This document shows, one piece after another, positions 1 to 14,423 of a DNA stretch of 64,000 bases (position 1 is its first letter; each line of letters starts with the position of its first letter). The stretch is from positions 105,214,001 to 105,278,000 of the forward strand of contig NC_042997.1 in the NCBI RefSeq assembly GCF_006345805.1, read 5' to 3'. A program made the translations under genes and the position numbers. The DNA is from Octopus sinensis (taxonomy: Eukaryota). The notes under the pieces were generated by a model. It saw nothing but the letters and a program-made list of their open reading frames with translations, searched no databases and was not told the origin of the DNA.

Positions 1-1840
1 GACATTTATTAAATGTTTAAATAGCTGAAATGAGTTATTGGTAATACGACTATTGTTAATAAGAAACTAATGTTATGGTCTAATAATCCCCTCTTCTGCG
101 ATGTGAGTAAAGATGGCTAGAAGGGAATTGAGTTGCTCACCTATAATACACCTACGAGTATTCATCTACTCATACAGGAATTACTATTTGCCATTGCAGT
201 AGAAAAGGTATTGGGCACCTCTTCGTGTGAGCATCTTACAGTTTTCTGGACCTGCTAGAAATTATAATTTTCATATTTCTTTCAAACTAAGGCCTATAGT
301 TCTAAGAAAAGAATTAAAAAAAAAACATCAAAAATATTATCGACAGCATACAGAAACGCCTAAGACCAGGGACATATTACACTGTAACTGAACGTTAACA
401 ATAACAGTTTCCAGCTACGTGATATTGCAAAGCAATGGGATATGACAACTCAGCTTTTGATCTAGTATTCTTATACCCTAATGACTAAGCAATATTTTGG
501 ATTGGAGCGAAAAATAACAGATACATTCATTCAAATGTATGTTTTGTTACAGGATATTTTTCTCCAAACCAGATAATTAACAACAAGGGTTTGTTTTACC
601 ATTCAATATTAATATCAATTTCTGACACGAGAACAAAAAAAGGAAGTATAAACAAACGAAAGGGTCTTATGAAAATGGAGGTGGTACTTTAGGTTGAAAG
701 CTTCGTAATCTAATATTATATAAAATATATTGTAAAGCTTTATATTTCCATGCAAAGAATATTAAGTGGAGGAGAAACGTTATACAAAAGTACTGAAATC
801 AATATACAAATATACACACAGGCATTTGAAAGATCCCCACGCCGAAGCTAAATACTTTACGGGAAAGTACTTAGAATAATTAATTTGAGTGGTGGAGTTT
901 CAGAGATAACTGGAAAAGGAGGAAGGCAATAAATTATTTTGAAGTTCATCTGGCTATGCTCACAAAACATCATCATTTCTTAATTTACTAAGAGTTTAGA
1001 ATTGAAGAAATGCAAAATTTTGTTGTTTTTTTTTATTATGCATATCTCTAACAACGTAAACGAATCAAGTAAAGTAATACTAAAAAACAAAATAAAACCA
1101 GTCAACAGCTTAGTTTTGCCGATGATCTTCGCTGAGACGACAAAAGAAATAGCAGCAGTGGCGATATCTGTTGTTTCCATGAAACAGAGTTACAACAAAG
1201 ATCGAAGGCAGACCTTATTTGGGTGATAATATGTTTTATTCATTCCTGACAAGATAAAGGCAAATAGTAATATACTTGGCCATTATAGAAAGCGTAAAAA
1301 AACAGACAAAGGAAAATGAGCAATGAAAGTAAAGGAAATTATTACGCATTCACTTGTCCATCGATTTCTCAAGAAATGAAAGTGCTTTTTAGATATGTGT
1401 CTTTCACAACTTCTAGCTGAAAAGTTCGCTCTTTAATGTTGTCATCCTGGAGTGTGGTGTAAGCTAATTGGGGATACCGACTAGAACGGTGTTCATTGCT
1501 CAACAGCGGTCACATGCAGAACTACAGATATAGCTAATTCCACATTAATAAACTCTAACTACTTCAGTAATGATTATAATGTATCAACCTTCAAACGTAT
1601 ATCGAGTGAACGATGTCAACGAATCGAGAGCATACACCTGTAGTTGAAGAAATAGCCATTCAGATAATTTGGAGAACATCACGCCACATTTGATGAGGCT
1701 CTACAACTTATACGGGATTCAGAAAACAGAAAGCGTTTTGATATGTGTGAGCAAAAAAAAAACAAATATATCCACAAGCACGTACGCACGCACACACACA
1801 CACACATACATACATACACACATATATAAATATATATATA

Positions 1841-1877
<37 letters not shown>

Positions 1878-1878
1878 G

Positions 1879-1914
<36 letters not shown>

Positions 1915-3361
1915 CATAGAAATTACTATATAAATAAGGACAAAATCGTTATTTTAAACAATGATCAAATCAAGTGACAGCATGGGAAGAAAAACCTTAT
2001 AGGTAATAATTATTATTAAAATTATAAATAAAGGTATCTAAAAGATAACACCATGCTTGAAATAGCAGTCAAGACCTGACTCTAAAAATCTACATCAAGT
2101 ATTTAATACAGCAGAAGGTGAAAAGACAAATAAATAAATAAACTAGTAGAAATTGGATAATTCCGGACTCTGGGTTTCTGGCTCTGTATAAAATACATTG
2201 TCTTCGTCAATGAAATATTCCAAGAATTGTACATAATTGATATATATACACACAAACATACGAATACTCAGGTATATGCACGCGTGTATACATATATATG
2301 CACGTACCCATCCAGACACTGGTGATATCTCTTAGATACACTTACTTATAGTTTTAATATATATATATAAAGAGAGAGAGAGAGAAAGAAAAAGAAAGAG
2401 AGTGGGAAGGTGAGTGAGAGAGAGGTGAGCAGGACAAAAACTCCAGACCTCACCCAGAAGTTATAATGGAACTTGTAACTGGCAAACTCAGAAGGATTCT
2501 AAAGTTATCCTTCGACAAATTTATTTTCAATCCAGCAGACTTTTTAGTTCACTGATGTACTCCCAGGAAATGGTTTCAGTAAAAAGTCATATGTAAAGAG
2601 TATTTCCTAGAAAATAGTTGAAACTGGAAAGGAAATATAATTTGGTCTGCTCCACCCCTAGTACACACTAAGCAGCATCAATACGTATCTTTTGTTACTG
2701 TCAAGTAAATACACACCTCAACGTCAGAGACCTAATGTCTTTAAGAGAATCAAGTTATGGTTGGCTATAGCTCTTTTGGTAAGTAATTACTCAATGAAAA
2801 GATACATCCAAGAATGATAGAATATCGAAGCAAAAAGTATTTGTCCCTTTAAAAATCCGATATCAAATTTCATGGAATACCACTTCATGATTTTTAAACT
2901 TCTAACGCTGAAACAAAATTATTAATGTATTCAACAGTTCTTGTAACAGTACACATTTCTTTAAAGTTTGTTGGTTTGTACCACAACAAACGAAAGTCTT
3001 TAAACTTGAACGGTAACTAGAGATTACGTTTATATATTTGTTGTACAAGATTTTTTATGTGAAAGAAGAAAGCAAAGGACCACTGATGCGGTCACAGGAG
3101 TGTAACGAAAGAACTCGGGCCGAAATAAGATGAAGATTAATGTAAAAAAATAAATAACACTGAAGCAAAGTAACACCAAATATATAGTGCGTGTGTTTTT
3201 ATTGGCTAAACTGGCAAAATGACGATTCCGAAAGAAAAAAAAGGTAACTAGAGATTTATCAATTTAAATATTCCTTCTTAAACGATTGTGACGCAAACAC
3301 AAAATACATATTCGTAATTTCTTTTCACGACACATACATACATACATATAAACATACATAT

Positions 3362-3440
<79 letters not shown>

Positions 3441-4636
3441 TGTATATATATATTCGCACACGCATACATACTTACATACATACATACACACAAACACGCA
3501 CACACACACACATATATTGTTTACTTCAGTTTTCACTTCAAGTGTATACGTGTAGGCGTCCGTGCGAGTATGTCTGAAATAAATTTCGCTATGTAACCAG
3601 AAAAGAAGAAGGAAAACTGAAAACAGAATAACTTCCAAAAGAATATCTGGACATAAGAAATAAATAAGAAAATTTGCCGGATAACAATCTTCGTATATTT
3701 AGCTTCTCGGTTTTACATTAAGTCTAAACAAATCTAGTTTAGTATCTAGAAGATCGCAATTTGATATAACCGTAGACGAAGCTATAATTCAGGCAAGTTT
3801 TTCGCAGACAACTACAGTAGCGAGAAGTGAACTGCAAACATTAGTTCGCTTATGATGACAGTCACATAAGAGTGAGCTGACGTTTGATGTATGATTTCCA
3901 TTCTTTTGCAAGCTATCGCTATAGTAAATGTGTTTTTCCCTCAAACATTTATGGCGCTCGTTTCTGAAAAGATTTATATCATGATACCTCTACCGATTGT
4001 TGTAGGTAGTAGGTAACACTCTGAGCATATATCCACACGTACAACTATAAACTCACAGTCACATACACATACGCACACACATATATATATATAGACTTAT
4101 AATGACACAACAAAAATAAAAACATACACAGGCACTTATATATGCATATGCACATTAAGACACACATACATAACATATACGTTCACCTGTGTAGTAAAAC
4201 AGAGCCTAAGTGAGACATATGACTATATATATACGAGATTTCGCCTCATCATTTTCCTCTTTTGCCACATTATCGGACACTGCCTGAGGAACATACTAAA
4301 GTGAAAAGATGATCGTTCATTTAGGCTGCTTACAAATAACGAAACAAAACAGGATACATTTTCAGAACATCGTTGTTATATTGAAATAAACATAGACTTA
4401 TTGACAAATTCTTATAACTAGACATAAAATATCTTATGTGTGAATGGGCGCCTGCGCGCTTATACACACACACAACCACACACACACACACACACACTCA
4501 TATACGCATGCACGTACACACATCAAATATAGGAAATGAAACCGATATTCAAAATTTGTATTGATTATATCAGCTTATCTGTCATTGCAGCCACTTTTTA
4601 TCCGAACATATAAATACGTATAATATATAATGCAAA

Positions 4637-4808
4637 GGCGCAGGAGTGGCTGTGTGGTAAGTAGCTTGCTTACTAACCACATGGTTCCGGGTTCAGTCCC
4701 ACTGCGTGGCACCTTGGACAAGTGTCTTCTATTATAGTACTATAGCCTCGGGCCGACCAAGGCCTTGTGAGTGGATTTGGTAGACGGAAACTGAAAAAAG
4801 CCGTCGTA

Positions 4809-4892
<84 letters not shown>

Positions 4893-5117
4893 TGTGTGTG
4901 TGTGTGTGTATGTTTGTGTGTCTGTGTTTGTCTTGTCTCCCCAACATCGCTGGTGTATTTACGTCCCCTGGTGTATTTAAGTGACCGATAGAATATGTAC
5001 TAGGCTTACAAAGAATAAGTCCTGGGGTCGATTTTGCTCGACTAAAGGCGGTGCTCCAGCATGGCGACAGTCAAATGACTGAAACAAGTAAAAGAGTAAA
5101 AGAGTAAAAAGAGAGTA
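4637..5117 (+). mobile_element. tRNA-derived SINE, family A (full length, internal (AT)n(GT)n tract)
   Basis: Head ggcgcaggagtggctgtgtggtaag with B-box-like ggttcagtccc, CORE-like ggcaccttggacaagtgtcttc, and a (aaagagt)n tail. Closely similar copies occur at 14023, 27177, 34330, 55500, 57010 and 63640. Confidence 0.9.
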
Positions 5118-6527
5118 TATGAAAAGGATTGTACAAAATGCAGATGGATTAGAGCTTATAGAAATTCTTTGCTTTGCTACTAGTAAGAGAACAAGGAAAT
5201 ATATATTATGATGTTGTGCGAGCCTCGACATTCTGACACCTGCAAATGGCCATTTGATTCCTGTCACCAAAATGTATACATTCGGCAGTAGATCCCAACA
5301 TTCGGCTATTAGCGTATACAATAAAGCGGCAGGTGAACTGGAAATTATCTCAGTTGACAGGATACAAGCTTTCAAAAGTTACGTGCACGAAATTCTTCCT
5401 GTTATTTCTTTTCCATAAAAAGTAAAGAATCATATATTTAACAAAAATCTCCATTTAGGGTATTCTTCCCAAATACAGTTAAAAAAAACAAATAGAAAGA
5501 AAATAAACAAAAATTAGGAGAAACGTTATATAATTGCCCATATTGTTTTTTTATACCTTCGTATTTTATATCTGAAATATGTTCTCATATTGTTTCTTAT
5601 TTTAAAATACATATTCCATATATTCCTCGAAAGTGCGACGTACAGATATAAAATTTATTTTTCATTGACTCATATAGCTGCATAATATCTCATGCAGGAT
5701 ATTTCGTCATTGACTGACAGTTACTCTAACTGGAATGTTTCTGTTGATTCATAAAAGATGCGATAAAATGCTTGGAGTTAATCTGAAATTCTAGAAACAT
5801 GTCGGAATAATAGGTTTTTGGACAAACTGATTAAAATTGTTTAGTTAAAATATTATTACCCCGTATGGTCATATTTATTTACTCCCTTCCATTGGCATAT
5901 TTCTTATATCAGTTGAATCTACCTTAAGATCCACATGAAACGTATTAATTATACAGCAAACGGCTCTTTTTCAAATTATTATTTGTTTAGACAGAGTATG
6001 TAACGTTGAATTCTAAATTAACTAAAAAAGCTGGGTAACTATCAATGGAGAAATAGCCTTAAAAAAATATACGTAAATGATGTATAAAAAAATATCCCTG
6101 TAACTTACTGAAAAATTCGGTGTTAAATATGTAAAATCTCTTTAAAAATTAAAATTTATCTTATATATAGTGGCGTTTTCAAACTTCTTTTTTATACACA
6201 CACACACACACTTACACACACACACACATACGCACTCACGCACACACACGCACAAAACACACACACACACATACATATATATATATATTGAGATAAAAGT
6301 CGTCAGAATTTTGGGAAAAAAATCTTTTTATTTCTTCATTATTATTAATAGCGCTTTCGTTCCTTTCTCGAACTTGTCAAATAAAATTTTGTGAATCTAA
6401 AAACACCTTGTTCATTTATATAAAACAGATGTTTTTGCGGAGATTTTATTTAGAAGAGAACATTGTTTTTTGTTTTTGTGGGTGAGGTTCCATGAGAATG
6501 GAGATGGATAGATAGTAATATAGGTAG

Positions 6528-6830
<303 letters not shown>

Positions 6831-7236
6831 GAGGGAGAGAGAAAGTGTATCCCCCTTCCTATTCACCATTCATCCATTTATTTATGTATTTATTTATTTA
6901 TTTATTTAGTACTTTACCATTGTATTGGAATGGACCTCTTCAAAAAAAAAAAAATTAGGTCATCACTAAAAGTCTTTTTATTTTCTTCCTCTCTTCCCAT
7001 TTCTTTCCTCTTCCAAACATTCAATTTTGGAGGAAATTTTTTGATGAAATGTAGCTCTGCATGAAAATCCTTAGTATAATATTTGCAAATTAAAAATTTA
7101 AAAATAAATTAATTAAATTAAATTAAAAAATATATAAATACACACACATATATTTACGTAAAGCTAGAACAAAAAGATATTTTCCAAAATTCTGACATTT
7201 TTTTCTCAGTATTCAATTTCTGTACATAACACCTAA

Positions 7237-7905
7237 CACTCTATACATACCTCCTTGGATGTACAAGACGCCAGAATGAATGTTACACAACCAAATTGGC
7301 AGTCGAGAAACAACAAAAATACAGAACTTCTCACAGAAATATCTAATAAGTTAAATTTACTTATTTCAAGATTGGATATCTTCATGAATGCAGATAAAAC
7401 TCTGAATAATACTATTACAGAAGGTGCTCTAACAACAGAGACGAACAACAAGATAGTAGCAAGAACAAATTCACTTGAAACCACATCTCTGGAACTACAA
7501 TAACAAAACACCTTGAAACCACATCTCTTGAAGAAACTACTTAATCAACGGAAACATGCATATTGGAAAAGCATTCGATGCAACAATATAGCAAACACCT
7601 ACAAGAATTGGCGAAGCAAAGAAAGCGCAATCCTGCCCAGAAAATTCTTTCTGTAAAAAATAGGAAGTGAAACACTAGAAGAGACAAGGATACGTGCGAA
7701 CTTTGCTTTATGCCGACTGGAAACAGAAATCGCTCTTCTACAATCACGAAAAATAAGACACAAAGAGAAAGTGAAAATTATTGCCGCAGTTATGTTTGCT
7801 GAAATTCTTGAGGGGATTGACAATCAATGTCATGAAAAACTGCAAAAACTATGGATAGAAGACACAAAAAGGGAAGAAGAATATCCATCAAAATGTGGGA
7901 AGAAC
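7237..7905 (+). pseudogene. Decayed ~220-codon reading frame, probably a retroelement (possibly Penelope-like) N-terminal region
   Basis: One frame runs 7237-7905 with only two in-frame TAA stops (7501, 7654): ...NKNTELLTEISNKLNLLISRLD...LNQRKHAYWKSIRCNNIANTYKNWRSKESAILPRKFFL*KIGSETLEETRIRANFALCRLETEIALLQSRKIRHKEK...[12 protein letters not shown]. It is cut off by (AT)n. The PLE assignment is from recalled resemblance and has not been verified. Confidence 0.4.
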
Positions 7906-7924
7906 ATATATAAATATGTGTGCG

Positions 7925-8002
<78 letters not shown>

Positions 8003-8281
8003 TATATTCTTTTATTCTTTTACTCCCATCAGTCATTTGACTGCGGCCACGGTCCGCCTTTATTGGAAAAATCGACCCCAGGACTTATTCTTTGTAAGTC
8101 TAGTACATATTCTATCAACGTTACATACTAAGTTACGAGGACGAAAACACATCAACATCGGTTGTCAAGCGATGTTGGTGTGTCAAATACAGTCACACAA
8201 ATACATACGAATATACATATATATATGGACGACAGGCTTCTTTCAGTTTCTGTCTACTGAATTCACTCGCAAGGTTTTGAT
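8003..8281 (-). mobile_element. SINE family A, 3' part (decayed)
   Basis: Reverse complement matches the family A body and tail (cagtcatttgactgcggcc, gaccccaggacttattctttgtaag). Confidence 0.85.
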
Positions 8282-8423
8282 GTGCATATACATACATACA
8301 TACATACATACATACACTCACATATATGTCTATCAGAATTACTTAATACACTTTTGAAGTATAAAGGTGAATATTTTTAAAATATATTTTTATTTGTTAT
8401 AAAATCATATACATATACAAATA

Positions 8424-8483
8424 TGCACTGACGAACATGAAATGCATATTCTGCATTAAATGCGAAATCACATGTGATATGTA
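8424..8483 (+). ncRNA. Type I hammerhead ribozyme motif in a diverged solo copy of the 477-nt repeat family
   Basis: Helix I tgca (8424-27) pairs with tgta (8480-83). Core CTGACGA at 8428-34. Helix II is cat/atg plus aatgca/tgcatt with an A.C closing pair. GAAA at 8464-67. Helix III is the palindrome ATCACATGTGAT. Predicted AUA cleavage after 8479. Confidence 0.7.
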
Positions 8484-8724
8484 ACTGAATTCTTTTTTAA
8501 AATGATGTGTTTTGAAGTTTTGCATTCGGTAATATTTTGTTTATTTTTAGTAGTTTTGACCGCATTGGTCCCTCTTAGCGTGTTGGTATCTACTAATAGT
8601 AGTACCCTCATTATAATATAAATGAATATTTTCAAAGAGGAAGAATTTACGGATTTTTTCTCTTACGAGGTTTTTCACGCTGACTACTGATAATTTCTTT
8701 TAAAGATTTTATCCTCAATTGTTA

Positions 8725-8801
<77 letters not shown>

Positions 8802-9139
8802 ATATATTATATATATATATATACATATATACATATATATATATATACATATATATATACATACATACATACATACATACAACATACATACATACATACA
8901 TACATACATACATACATACATACATACATACATACATAGCTTGATATTAATTTACCTATATTTTAATATCTCTAACTGCAAATAGAATGAGGCTCAAAAG
9001 TCGTTGGATCATTTTTCACAATAATAACGTATATATAATCAATGTTTCTGCCTGTTTGTTTCACGTTAGAAAATTAGAAAATTATCATAATGAAATTCTC
9101 GATAGAGTAACAAGTGAAAGTAATTAAATTTTATCTAGA

Positions 9140-10525
9140 AAAATCAGCGAACAGTTGCCATTTTCATGTCAGACAACCATCATTCAAACAAGCTATATTC
9201 AATTTATTCTAGCGTTTGAGCAACAAGGAGTTGTAGTTGATTCGCCACATGTGAGAAAGCCACATTCAGGAATATTTCAGGGCAACATTCAGCGTGTACA
9301 GCAGAGCATTGAAGAAGAGCATCTAACAATACCCCGACGGTGGTCCCAGCAGCTGAGCAAATCTTGAAATTCGCTGCAGAGGATCTATAGGATGTTGAAT
9401 TTCTTCCCATATAAAGTGCAGTTGATTTAGGAACTGAAGCTAGCAGTATATCGGGTACGATTAGTGTATGCTGCCCAGATAAATAAACTTTAAATTCAAC
9501 TGGCTCTCATGCTCACTTGATTTAATGACTCCAGACATTCTCCTGTGTTAATATCTGCAAGAGTGTGTAAACCGTAACAGCCTGTCGAACATTGGGCAAT
9601 TTAAGGTAAGAGAAAAAGTCGTAAGAATAAACCAACATGGAAAGTGGTATCGTCACACATGTTGATACACAGGTCACGCAGATTTAGGTTATGGGAATGT
9701 AATTCATCCTGGGTCAATGTACCCAGTAAGTTTTTCGTTCAGTTTTGGGTGCTGGTAGCTTAAGGCTTGGAATTTTCCAGCATTAAACTGCATATTATTC
9801 TTCTCAGCCCATCTGTAAATTGCATCCAACTCCTGCTGTAGGCATGCAACATCGCTAGGGTTTTGTGTATTTTTGACGAGATTTTCGTATCGTCTGTGTA
9901 GCTAGCAAGCGTGACTACCCGAGCAGCTGAGGGCATATCTGAGAGGGCCACTATGAAAAGCAGTGGTCCCAAGACAGTGCCCAGTGGAACACCACTCACT
10001 ATTTGAGGTGGCTTCATTGCCTGACTTATATCTATCAGAAAGTCATGTAACCACTCTCCAAGTTTTCCGCCTATGCCAAAATCACTATCTTTGTGGCATA
10101 TCATATCATGACCAACTTTATCAAAATCTTTTGCAAAGTCAAGGTATATTACGTCCACATTTGAGTTGTCGAGTAACTACTTCAACACCCAGTCATAGTA
10201 CTGTAGGGGCTGTGTCAGGCAAATCTTACCTGCTCGAAAACCAAGCTGGATATCACTCAGCAAGTCATTTTTTTTTCAATGAAAGCGATTAGTTTCCTTC
10301 TGACTATTCGTTCCATGACTTTGCTGATGTGTGAAGTCAGACAGATAGATTTATAACATTTGGCATCTGCTCTGTTTCCTCCTTTATGGATTGGACATAT
10401 TCCCTCCTTTAGTATTCTTGGCAGCTTGCCATTTGCAAAAGAGCTCTGGAAGAGAATCTGTACTGGTTTTGCCGGGGCACGTTTGCAGGATTTGAGGAAG
10501 ATTGCAGGGAAAGCAAATTAAACCA
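9140..10525 (-). mobile_element. CR1/L2-group LINE reverse transcriptase fragment (decayed ORF2)
   Basis: Minus-strand translation gives FPAIFLKSC, LTSHISKVMERIV, DVIYLDFAKDFDKVGH, SGVPLGTVLGPLLFIV and YTDDTK, which are non-LTR RT motifs, interrupted by stops and frameshifts. Confidence 0.9.
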
Positions 10526-12225
10526 TCTTAAAAATAAATATCCTGCCTAAGGGACAGAATTATTATAGGATTATTATATTTCTTCATTATATTTCAAAAT
10601 ACGGTAGGGCTCTCTTCTGTAAGTATGCCATATGTATAATATAATGACACAGATAATAACGTGTGTGGGGTGTATAACTGTAATAAGCTCCATTACTTCA
10701 TATTGCTATAAGTATTACTTGATAAGTATTATTTTGCATTCGTTTTATAGTTATATCTGTAGATCAGTTTTTCGCTGCCTACCTTCACAATAGAAACCGT
10801 AGAAGATCACTTTCGTTTTATTCCCTGCATACCTTCAGAATAGATACCGTAATTTAGATTTCACGCCAAAATTTTTCCTTTGTTTCACGTATTCCACATC
10901 AGAATTTAGCTGTCATTTTCCAATCTCACTTCAGCATACTTGTACAGCTTTTCATTTGAAAATACCCATTTTCCTTAAACATAGGAAGAAAGAAATTCAG
11001 TGGGGCACTCTTCTATAGGTATGCTATATGTGTAATATAACGACACACATAATAACATGTGTCGTTGTGTCTGTGTGTGTGTCTGTGTATGTGTGTATAT
11101 AATTGTAATAACCTCTATTACTTTATATTGCTCTAAGAAAAAGAGGAGTTGACGTTGAGGGTCATCTATGTATAAAATTATTTGACTCGACGATCGGAAG
11201 AGCTTACTCTGTGCATCTGAGTCACTGTGAATGTTTCTTTTTGAATCTGCTTCTTCATGAAATAAGAGGGTCGACTTCCATCTCCTTCCTAAGAACGATT
11301 GATGATGAAACTGTTAGCACTTATAGAATATGACAATCAACAGGATAGAGCAATGCCTGAGGATCTAGTATCACGCACACCTATTTCTTTGAGAGATCGT
11401 TTTGCAATTCTTCTCCCGAATTGTGAAGTAAGTATTCCATTAGCATTGTGGCACGAACATAAGAATGATTTATCAGAAGACAACAAATATCAACGATGAC
11501 ATATATCATTCTGCTTTGGTTGATATTGAAGATTGCGTTGTCTCGATGGGAATGGAGGAGCTCAGCAAATTTGGCTTGCCTGAAACCCATCGAAATGAGG
11601 TGAATAATTTGACCACAGCAGTTTTGCGAGAACCTTCATATGATATTGATTCATTAACAAGATTTCTTGAAGAAAATGTCCCGAAACTTTTGCCCGACCA
11701 ACAACTTGCATATACAATAACCATTGACCAAGTGACAGGTAAGAGAGGAGGATTATGTTTTTTAGACGCACCAAAGTCCGGCAGAAAAGCAAATAGCCTT
11801 AGCTGTAGTGAGCCCTGGAATTGCTGCCACTTTAATCCCAGGAGATTGAACAGCTCACACATCATTCAAGCTGCCACTCAATCTGAATTGAAATGATGCG
11901 CATGTTTGCAATATTATGCTTATTTAGCTCAAGTTCTCATGAAATGTTCTTTGATCATATGTGCCGAAGCTACAATGTCCCATAAAAAGTCAGTAGAAGC
12001 TGTTAACAGAATGCTGCAGGATTTGTGCAACTCCAGTTGTTTGATGCGAGTTCTGACAGTAGGACTTTAGGTGATTTCAGACAAATTTTGCCAGTGATTC
12101 CCAGGGGAACAAAGGCGGATGAATTGAAAGCACGCTTGAAATCTTCAATTTTATGGAAACATATCAAAGAGTTAAAGCTTTCTGCAAATATTGTGGCTTT
12201 CTTACAATATGTCTATGCTAACCAA
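10526..12225 (+). mobile_element. Helitron fragment with decayed RepHel PIF1-like helicase (coding about 11160-12225)
   Basis: Translated pieces: IGRAYSVH..CFFLNLLLHEIRG, LPDQQLAY..GGLCFLDAP, IALAVVSPGIAATLIPG..TAHTSFKLPLNL, TMSHKKSVEAVNRMLQDL, GDFRQILPVIPRGTKADELKARLKSSILW. The Walker A GGTGKT segment is deleted. A possible 5' TC lies at 10526 after an A, abutting the LINE. The non-coding 5' part is less certain. Confidence 0.88.
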
Positions 12226-12248
12226 GATGTGTGTGTGCGTGTGTGTGT

Positions 12249-12296
<48 letters not shown>

Positions 12297-13974
12297 TTGT
12301 GTCTATGTCTGTGTGTTTGTGCAGAGAGAGAAAGACAATACAGGGAGGGACAGGGAGAGAGAAGGTGAATTTAGAAAGTTATATGTATAGATATACAGAA
12401 ATAAATATTCAAGGATTACATCTGAGATTAACACTAAAAATAAAAGTGAATATGCGTAGGAGTAGAGAAACTACATTTCATAAGAATAACTAATTACCCC
12501 ACCCACGCACACATGTGGCTGTATATAAATATATGTACATCTACATATATGCATAAACGTCTATGTATATGCATACATATATATACATATATAAGTGTGT
12601 GTGTGTGTGCTTTTGAGTATGTGTGTATGTGTGCATTAGTATAGGCTTACATGTATATATGTACGTATGAATGCATGTGTGTATAGGTGTGTATTTATAG
12701 GTATATTTATAATTCTACACGCATATCTATGTATGTAAACATGTTTGTAGAAGTGTGTGTGTGTGTCCGCGTGTGTGTGTGTGTATTCGAATCGTTCGTC
12801 TAAATATTTAAGTATTAACAGTTTTTATTTTCCTTATACATGCAGTAAGACTTATAAATGGGCGAATGTCTGAAGAATGAATACAATGAACGACTGAAAT
12901 TTCCCTTTGTAATAGTAGATGTAGATTCGTTTGCATAGAGCGACGTGGTATTGCATACAATGGGGGAAGACAACAACTTCACACTTAGCTATTAAATTCT
13001 ACCCAAGCAGTTTACTAGAATGGTGATGACGAGAGGGGAAAAACAGTTTTGCATGGAGAAGCAGTACGTGTCAAGTTTCACAGCTCATTAGTTAGACTTA
13101 TGCCGAAGCGTCGGCGATTTGACGTTTATCGCCAGCTTATGACTAAAGAGAAAAACGAAACATATTCGTTTCTTTTCAAAAGCGAACTAAATAGATGCGT
13201 CTCCACTACGGAAATGCTTGAAATACGAAACAGTAAAACTTGTAATTTATAAGAGCTAAATAATGGCATAAATCGGAAAAATTGTGTGATGCTAGCGCCA
13301 ACGTTCTGACAGAAACATGCCAAAGCAATAGAAAGTAAATAAAGAAATATTGTAGATGGGTGTAAAGAGATAACGAAAGAAACGAGTAAACAATAGCCGT
13401 GAGTGTTGGCGGTGGCTGGAAGGAGATGGACGGTTGAAAAGAATGGAAAATCACTAATAGATATGTTGGTACAGAAACACGCAAACACGCACACTCACAC
13501 ACCCACACATATAGTGAGACTCCAATATAGATAAGTACATGTGTGTGTGTGTGTGTGACAGAGAGAGAGAGAGAGATAACGATACGCATTGTATTACGTA
13601 TTGTTATTTTCATATGCAGCTTAAGTAATTTTGCTGTACCCACATGCACTCAAGACACGAACACACATTCACTCACACATTCACGCATATTCACATATAT
13701 TTCGTGTGTGTGGTTAGGTGTGGGGTGCATGACTGTGTTTACGTGTGTGTTTCTAAATAATAAAATTACCATCAAAATAGCTGTTTTAGTTAAATGTATG
13801 TATAAATGTTTGTCATATATACAATAGGTATGTTTGACAGAAATAGAGTTTCGCTGGACAGGAATAATCCGTTCATACATCATTATTATAAATCAGTACG
13901 GCATATTGTATATATTTGCACATACACGCACGCATATGTATATGTATGCATATATATGCATATATACACACACG

Positions 13975-14020
<46 letters not shown>

Positions 14021-14022
14021 AA

Positions 14023-14394
14023 GGCGCAGGAGTGGCTGTGTGGTAAATAGCTTGTTTACCAACCACATGGTTCCGGGTTCAGTCCCACTGTGTGGCACCT
14101 TGGACAAGTGTCTTCTACTATAGCCTCGGGCCGACCAAAGCCTTGTGAGTGGATTTGGTAGACGGAAATTGTGTGTGTTTGTGTGTCTGTGTTTGTCCCC
14201 CTAGCATTGCTTGACAACTGATGCTGGTGTGTTTATGTCCCCGTTACTTAGCGGTTCGGCAAAAGAGACGGATAGAATAAGTACTGGGCTTACAAAAGAA
14301 TAAGTCCCGGGGTCGAGTTGCTCGATTAAAGGCGGTGCTCCAGCATGGCCGCAGTCAAATGACCGAAACAAGTAAAAAATAGAGAGTAAGAGTA
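14023..14394 (+). mobile_element. SINE family A (internal microsatellite largely absent)
   Basis: Same head, body and tail as the 4637 copy. Confidence 0.9.
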
Positions 14395-14423
14395 TATATA
14401 TATATATATATACATATATATAT

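Noticed and set aside
980-1226. Overlapping 66-aa and 74-aa ORFs with hydrophobic stretches
   Set aside because: Short, no recognisable family, and no convincing splice signals.
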